Source: Escherichia coli (GTDB taxonomy: Bacteria > Pseudomonadota > Gammaproteobacteria > Enterobacterales > Enterobacteriaceae). Taken from it: a DNA stretch of 64,000 nucleotides. The stretch lies in NCBI RefSeq assembly GCF_965641715.1, contig NZ_OZ282453.1; one strand, given 5' to 3'. This document shows, piece by piece, positions 60,157-64,000 of this stretch. Made by a program: the position numbers and the translations under genes. The first letter of the stretch is position 1. Each line of letters opens with the position of its first letter. The notes beneath the pieces were generated by a model. That model did not search any database. It was not told the origin of the DNA and saw only the letters and a list, made by a program, of their open reading frames with translations.

Positions 60157-60968
60157 TGTCCGACCAGCAACAACCGCCAGTTTATAAAATTGCGCTGGGC
60201 ATTGAGTACGACGGCAGTAGGTATTACGGCTGGCAACGGCAGAATGAAGTCCGCAGTGTGCAGGAGAAGCTGGAAAAGGCGCTCTCCCAGGTGGCGAACG
60301 AACCGATCACCGTCTTCTGCGCCGGGCGTACTGACGCAGGGGTACACGGTACCGGGCAGGTGGTGCATTTCGAAACAACCGCGCAGCGCAAAGACGCTGC
60401 GTGGACGTTGGGCGTAAATGCGAATTTACCTGGTGACATCGCCGTGCGTTGGGTTAAAGCTGTACCTGATGATTTTCATGCCCGATTTAGCGCCACGGCT
60501 CGCCGTTATCGCTACATCATCTACAATCATCGGCTGCGCCCGGCGGTACTGAGTAAAGGGGTAACCCATTTTTACGAACCGCTGGACGCTGAACGGATGC
60601 ATCGGGCTGCGCAATGCTTGCTGGGCGAGAATGATTTCACCTCGTTCCGTGCGGTGCAGTGCCAGTCCCGAACCCCGTGGCGCAACGTTATGCATATTAA
60701 TGTCACGCGTCACGGTCCTTATGTGGTGGTTGATATCAAAGCGAATGCCTTTGTACATCATATGGTCAGGAATATTGTCGGCAGCCTGATGGAAGTCGGT
60801 GCCCACAACCAGCCGGAGAGCTGGATAGCAGAGTTGCTGGCGGCAAAGGACAGAACGCTGGCGGCAGCAACGGCAAAAGCGGAAGGGCTGTATCTGGTCG
60901 CGGTGGATTACCCTGACCGGTATGATCTTCCAAAACCGCCAATGGGCCCGCTATTTCTGGCGGACTAA
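60156..60968 (+). CDS. truA: tRNA pseudouridine(38-40) synthase
   Basis: 270 aa with the catalytic-region motif [17 protein letters not shown]. Confidence 0.9.
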
Positions 60969-61050
60969 CGAGAATAATGCTCGGAACATTTCAGGCTGTA
61001 GCCAACGTAGTTACAGCCTGAAAGATGACGAGTACAAGGCATAGGCAAAT

Positions 61051-61710
61051 ATGGACCTGATTTATTTCCTCATCGATTTTATCCTGCACATTGACGTGCA
61101 TCTGGCAGAGCTGGTCGCGGAGTACGGCGTCTGGGTTTATGCCATTTTGTTCTTAATTTTGTTCTGTGAAACCGGTCTGGTGGTAACGCCGTTTTTACCG
61201 GGTGATTCATTGCTGTTTGTTGCCGGAGCGTTGGCATCACTGGAAACCAACGATCTCAACGTCCATATGATGGTGGTGCTGATGCTGATCGCCGCGATTG
61301 TGGGTGACGCGGTCAATTACACTATCGGGCGGTTGTTCGGTGAAAAGTTATTCAGTAATCCCAATTCGAAAATTTTCCGTCGCAGTTATCTCGACAAAAC
61401 CCATCAGTTTTATGAGAAACATGGCGGCAAAACGATTATTCTCGCCCGTTTTGTGCCGATCGTCAGAACGTTCGCCCCGTTTGTTGCGGGAATGGGCCAC
61501 ATGTCGTACCGTCATTTCGCTGCTTATAACGTGATCGGCGCACTGTTGTGGGTACTGCTTTTTACCTACGCAGGCTATTTCTTCGGTACAATCCCGATGG
61601 TTCAGGATAACCTTAAGCTGCTGATCGTCGGGATTATTGTGGTTTCTATTTTGCCGGGCGTCATCGAAATAATCCGTCACAAACGCGCTGCGGCACGCGC
61701 CGCAAAATAA
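61051..61710 (+). CDS. dedA: DedA/SNARE-associated family inner-membrane protein
   Basis: 219-aa polytopic membrane protein at the syntenic position. Confidence 0.85.
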   Translation: MDLIYFLIDFILHIDVHLAELVAEYGVWVYAILFLILFCETGLVVTPFLPGDSLLFVAGALASLETNDLNVHMMVVLMLIAAIVGDAVNYTIGRLFGEKLFSNPNSKIFRRSYLDKTHQFYEKHGGKTIILARFVPIVRTFAPFVAGMGHMSYRHFAAYNVIGALLWVLLFTYAGYFFGTIPMVQDNLKLLIVGIIVVSILPGVIEIIRHKRAAARAAK

Positions 61711-61865
61711 AAAGTAACTCCGCGGTTCGACCACTTTTTTATCCAAAGTTTCGGGCTGTTATGTTTTAATGTGCAACATTCATGGTCTGTTGGGGGCAAA
61801 AATGGCATTATGCGTCCCCAAAGATAAAACTGGCATCGAACCAGGTTCAGACAGAAAGGTCCCTA

Positions 61866-62780
61866 ATGAGCTGGATTGAACGAATTAAAAGCAACATTAC
61901 TCCCACCCGCAAGGCGAGCATTCCTGAAGGGGTGTGGACTAAGTGTGATAGCTGCGGTCAGGTTTTATACCGCGCTGAGCTGGAACGTAATCTTGAGGTC
62001 TGTCCGAAGTGTGACCATCACATGCGTATGACAGCGCGTAATCGCCTGCATAGCCTGTTAGATGAAGGAAGCCTTGTGGAGCTGGGTAGCGAGCTTGAGC
62101 CGAAAGATGTGCTGAAGTTTCGTGACTCCAAGAAGTATAAAGACCGTCTGGCATCTGCGCAGAAAGAAACCGGCGAAAAAGATGCGCTGGTGGTGATGAA
62201 AGGCACTCTGTATGGAATGCCGGTTGTCGCTGCGGCATTCGAGTTCGCCTTTATGGGCGGTTCAATGGGGTCTGTTGTGGGTGCACGTTTCGTGCGTGCC
62301 GTTGAGCAGGCGCTGGAAGATAACTGCCCGCTGATCTGCTTCTCCGCCTCTGGTGGCGCACGTATGCAGGAAGCACTGATGTCGCTGATGCAGATGGCGA
62401 AAACCTCTGCGGCACTGGCAAAAATGCAGGAGCGCGGCTTGCCGTACATCTCCGTGCTGACCGACCCGACGATGGGCGGTGTTTCTGCAAGTTTCGCCAT
62501 GCTGGGCGATCTCAACATCGCTGAACCTAAAGCGTTAATCGGCTTTGCCGGTCCGCGTGTTATCGAACAGACCGTTCGCGAAAAACTGCCGCCAGGATTC
62601 CAGCGCAGTGAATTCCTGATCGAGAAAGGCGCGATCGACATGATCGTCCGTCGTCCGGAAATGCGCCTGAAACTGGCGAGCATTCTGGCGAAGTTGATGA
62701 ATCTGCCAGCGCCGAATCCTGAAGCGCCGCGTGAAGGCGTAGTGGTACCCCCGGTACCGGATCAGGAACCTGAGGCCTGA
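61866..62780 (+). CDS. accD: Acetyl-CoA carboxylase carboxyltransferase beta subunit
   Basis: Begins MSWIERIK with the CDSCGQV...CPKCDHH zinc ribbon; 304 aa. The track ORF starts 28 codons upstream. Confidence 0.92.
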
Positions 62781-62849
62781 TAACTGATAAGGGCAGGGCC
62801 ACTGGCTCTGCCCTTTTGCTATTCTCACCGTAACGAATCAGCGGATACC

Positions 62850-64000
62850 ATGATTATCAAACGCACTCCTCAAGCCGCGTCGCCTCTGGCTTCGTGGCTT
62901 TCTTATCTGGAAAACCTGCACAGTAAAACTATCGATCTCGGCCTTGAGCGCGTGAGCCAGGTCGCGGCGCGTCTTGGCGTTCTGAAACCAGCGCCATTTG
63001 TGTTTACCGTTGCGGGTACGAATGGCAAAGGCACCACCTGCCGTACGCTGGAGTCGATTCTGATGGCGGCAGGGTACAAAGTGGGCGTCTACAGTTCGCC
63101 TCATCTGGTGCGTTATACCGAGCGCGTACGTGTGCAGGGTCAGGAATTGCCGGAATCGGCCCACACCGCCTCTTTTGCGGAGATTGAATCGGCACGCGGT
63201 GATATTTCCCTGACCTATTTCGAGTACGGTACGCTGTCGGCGTTGTGGCTGTTCAAACAGGCACAACTTGACGTGGTGATTCTGGAAGTAGGGCTGGGCG
63301 GTCGTCTGGACGCAACCAATATTGTCGACGCCGATGTCGCGGTAGTAACCAGTATTGCGCTGGATCATACCGACTGGCTGGGGCCAGATCGCGAAAGTAT
63401 TGGTCGCGAGAAAGCAGGCATCTTTCGCAGCGAAAAACCGGCAATTGTCGGTGAGCCGGAAATGCCTTCTACCATTGCTGATGTGGCGCAGGAAAAAGGT
63501 GCACTGTTACAACGTCGGGGCGTTGAGTGGAACTATTCCGTCACCGATCATGACTGGGCGTTTAGCGATGCTCACGGCACGCTGGAAAATCTGCCGTTGC
63601 CGCTTGTCCCGCAACCGAATGCCGCAACAGCGCTGGCGGCACTGCGTGCCAGCGGGCTGGAGGTCAGTGAAAATGCCATTCGTGACGGGATTGCCAGCGC
63701 AATTTTGCCGGGACGTTTCCAGATTGTGAGCGAGTCGCCACGCGTTATTTTTGATGTCGCGCATAATCCACATGCGGCGGAATATCTCACCGGGCGTATG
63801 AAAGCGCTACCGAAAAACGGGCGCGTGCTGGCGGTTATCGGTATGCTACATGATAAAGATATTGCCGGAACTCTGGCCTGGTTGAAAAGCGTGGTTGATG
63901 ACTGGTATTGTGCGCCACTGGAAGGGCCGCGCGGTGCCACGGCAGAACAACTGCTTGAGCATTTGGGTAACGGCAAATCATTTGATAGCGTTGCGCAGGC
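62850..64000 (+). CDS. folC: Dihydrofolate synthase / folylpolyglutamate synthase, 5' portion (3' end lies outside the window)
   Basis: Open frame from ATG 62850 running off the right edge; VAGTNGKGTT P-loop; follows accD. Not in the track because no stop lies in the window. Confidence 0.88.
   Translation, partial: MIIKRTPQAASPLASWLSYLENLHSKTIDLGLERVSQVAARLGVLKPAPFVFTVAGTNGKGTTCRTLESILMAAGYKVGVYSSPHLVRYTERVRVQGQELPESAHTASFAEIESARGDISLTYFEYGTLSALWLFKQAQLDVVILEVGLGGRLDATNIVDADVAVVTSIALDHTDWLGPDRESIGREKAGIFRSEKPAIVGEPEMPSTIADVAQEKGALLQRRGVEWNYSVTDHDWAFSDAHGTLENLPLPLVPQPNAATALAALRASGLEVSENAIRDGIASAILPGRFQIVSESPRVIFDVAHNPHAAEYLTGRMKALPKNGRVLAVIGMLHDKDIAGTLAWLKSVVDDWYCAPLEGPRGATAEQLLEHLGNGKSFDSVAQ

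Overview
This window is an Escherichia coli-type chromosomal segment interrupted by a ~36 kb P2-like myovirus prophage. Gene names and expected lengths for the host genes are recalled from E. coli K-12, not searched. Host backbone, left to right: fadI (3' end), fadJ, sixA, an apparently intact yfcV-U-S-R-Q-P-O chaperone-usher fimbrial operon, smrB, prmB, aroC, mepA, yfcA, epmC, yfcL, mnmC, fabB, yfcJ, flk, then the prophage, then pdxB, usg, truA, dedA, accD and the 5' end of folC. The prophage (about 21551..57943) appears to sit inside the first codons of pdxB: a 20-bp direct repeat flanks it, the original pdxB start is stranded next to flk, and the phage supplies a new 5' end. It carries a near-complete P2-type gene set (int, C, cox, A, Q, P, O, N, M, L, X, holin, endolysin, R, S, V, W, J, I, H, FI, FII, E/E', T, U, D, ogr). 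The points that stand out are: (1) a cargo hotspot between portal and gene A holding a Phd/Doc-like toxin-antitoxin pair, a stand-alone ClpX zinc-binding-domain protein and a ParM/ParR-like partition cassette; (2) an AT-rich cargo islet between the left attachment site and ogr with a Hok-like toxin and a two-gene operon of unknown function; (3) a Hin/Gin-type invertase with a ~3.1 kb invertible tail-fibre segment bounded by 26-bp inverted repeats; (4) the FI-FII-E-T-U block lying in the opposite orientation to the P2 order; (5) a lysis cassette with a GH108-like endolysin and no recognisable LysABC. All homology calls come from reading the supplied translations against remembered protein families; no database search was run.
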